DNA from: Pocillopora damicornis
Lineage: Eukaryota
DNA: 64,000 nucleotides
Direction: 5' to 3'
Assembly (NCBI RefSeq): GCF_003704095.1
Contig: NW_020845941.1
Coordinates: 248,001 to 312,000, forward strand
Part shown: piece after piece, positions 61,991 through 64,000 of the stretch
Layout: every line of letters starts with the position of its first letter
How positions within the stretch are numbered: the stretch's first letter is position 1
Translations under genes and position numbers: made by a program
The notes under the pieces: generated by a model
Told to the model about the DNA's origin: nothing
The model's input: the letters and a program-made list of their open reading frames with translations, nothing else
Databases searched by the model: none

Positions 61991-63446
61991 ATGGCCCGCC
62001 GTAAAGAAGGTAAGAATTGTTTTAATTGACAAACACGAGAACTTGAAATCAGAAAAATACTTAGAAGGGCCAAGTAATGCTTCTATTTCTCTATTTACAG
62101 CTGCCCTTCACAAGCCAGATTCATTGGAGGAAACTCTGGCCAACTTCATAATTCGATATCAGCCTCCGTACATTGCTCAAGTGTTGGAGGGAGTCGATAA
62201 TGGAGTTTTTTCCGTATCAGTGAACGAATTGTTGACAGTACACAAAACCGTGCAGCTGAGGCGAATCCGAATGAGAGATTCAAAAGGCAAGCACTATTTC
62301 CTGCCCGTTGACAACTCGGCGCGCGTTGAAATTGTGCCTAGGACTCGTACACGCCTTGCTAAAGACTTCGATCCTCATCTGATCCGCACAGCTAGGTTTC
62401 TTCGCGTCTTGAGAGATGTTCCTGAGCTGAAACTCGACGATGGAGATATTTTAGAACCCATTTTTTTCGAATCTACGAGGAGCACTGAAGCGGAAACTTT
62501 AAAATGCAAAATACTTCGTGAACCAGGGAAGGAAATTAGGCTTCCACTTCACTGGGGAGTACCTCTTGAGTTATTACACGACTTTGACCCAAGAAGCTAC
62601 ACTCTAAGATATGTAGCAGATAATATTGCTTTTCCAGTGGCTGTGAGATTTGTTGAGAACGTGGTATCCTACTCTGATGTTGTAGCAACCTTAAGAGGGG
62701 AATTTTATTTCGAAGAAGTTGTCGAGGAGACCATTGTTATCGTAACTACAAAAGTAAACCAGGATCAGTTAACGATTCTAAAACTCCCCCTTGATCTGCC
62801 GCTGACCTTACATCCTATCAGAAAGCTTAATTGCGATTCAAAATACATTGTTCGATATTGGCAATATCTACGGGAAGAGTTGGATAGGCTTGAAAACCAG
62901 ATGACAACTGCTGATAATGATCTTCTTTCCTCGAGTCGTTTTGAAAATATGGGGCGAGTTGTACGGCTTTATAAGGAAAGTGAAGATTACCTAAAGGGAA
63001 TGAAAAAATTCCAGCCAGTTAAAAAGGCTTCAGACGAAGGCGAGGTCGTTCCAAAGAATCTTTGTGAAGATTTCTACGAGCCAATGATGCCCTCCCTGGT
63101 ACGCAAGCAAGAGGAATGCAGGCTGTTTCAAGAGGAGGTTGAACCGAATTACGAAGCTATGGAGCCCTGCATCTCAGGCAAACACGACGAGTACGCTACG
63201 GTTTTCGAGGGGGCCATCAACAATTACGAAACAGTAGAGCCCTTATCTTCCTCCGTTCCGTATTCGAGTGCAAAGAGTCGACAGAGCTTAAACAGTAAAA
63301 GCGCTCAGAGCCTCCGAGAGGAACCTTTCTATTGCTCGCTGACTTCCATTTTTCATGGAACCTCACCCTTAGAAAGACCATCACATGTGTATGTGAAGCT
63401 GGAACAAAAATCGTTCACGAAGTCGCCAAGAAAAACAAAATCTTAA
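61991..63446 (+). CDS. CABIT-domain adaptor 7 (no SAM, short Tyr-rich tail); join(61991-62009, 62101-63446)
   Basis: aaacATGGCCCGCCGTAAAGAAG|gtaag ... ttacag|CT gives an in-frame phase-1 intron of 91 bp. The protein reads TLANFIIRYQPPYIAQVLEG...LKCKILREPGKEIRLPL...FPVAVRF. Confidence 0.82.
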
Positions 63447-63889
63447 AAGGTCAATAAGCGAAAAAAGCTAAGATATGTATTTTCGCTAATTTCAAATCAT
63501 GGGAAAAAGGTGTGTGTCAGAAAATTATAATTTGTGCATGAATAAAACTCACATCAAACCAGTAGTTTGGGTTTTTTAAAAAGGAAGTGTACAAATTTCA
63601 GAAATTTTGCTTTTTCATGTGGTTTCCCAAGCATTGAATTTTTAACATTTCTATTTTGTTTATGTATTTGTATGGAGAGATTTCTGGACTAAAATAAACA
63701 CACCAATCCCTCGTAAATATAATCCGGCGCCACCGCATTTTATCTCAAATATGTATAACATTGTATAAATAAAGCCCATATGGAATTTCCTTCTTTTCTA
63801 AGCGTACCGATCGAATTTTAGTGCAAGTAAACAGTGTTAATGACCTTAGCTCTCATTTGCTCATCTATTCCTCCTATCCCTCTTTACTA

Positions 63890-64000
63890 TATAGCTGGCA
63901 GCGCCAGTTTGTAATATGAAGCGAATCTTGTATTCTAATTGGCTACCCGAGCGGGCAAGACGGGCTCATTTTGCCCACTCGGGATTGTCCACTTTGATCC
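63890..64000. repeat. Start of an interspersed repeat (attggctacccgagcgggcaag...ttgcccactcggg), truncated by the window end
   Basis: Internal hairpin ccgagcgggcaa / ttgcccactcgg; resembles common coral non-autonomous repeats. Confidence 0.4.

Overview
AT-rich, intron-containing animal genomic DNA. The repeat families and gene content suggest a stony coral, possibly a pocilloporid; this is inference only. From left to right: (i) the last 7 coding exons of an NAGPA-like 'uncovering enzyme' gene (+); (ii) two tandem C19orf12/Nazo-like genes with single-exon CDSs (-), separated by an 87-N assembly gap and carrying NF-kB-type sites upstream; (iii) a complete NUP93 of about 27 exons (+), head-to-head with the second C19orf12-like gene, its introns filled with MITE, SINE and Penelope remnants; (iv) a ~38 kb cluster of seven highly diverged, nearly intronless CABIT-domain (Themis/GAREM-like) adaptor genes. 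Three cluster genes end in a GAREM-type SAM domain. Three lack SAM but share a motif I do not recognise, 'N-[IF]-[IL]-I-S-x-x-x-[DE]-DDF...I-x-x-[YH]', followed by a coiled coil in two of them. The seventh has a short tyrosine-motif tail with an ITAM-like pair. Nearby non-coding DNA holds perfect kB and ISRE sites and a shared RUNX/GAGGTCA/ETS grammar. Between cluster genes 6 and 7 lie a possible decayed gene and a 3.5 kb foldback element with a minimal hammerhead ribozyme in its spacer. The best candidate for a novel system is the diversified CABIT adaptor cluster, possibly an inducible phosphotyrosine/immune signalling locus. All family assignments come from remembered motifs, not database searches.
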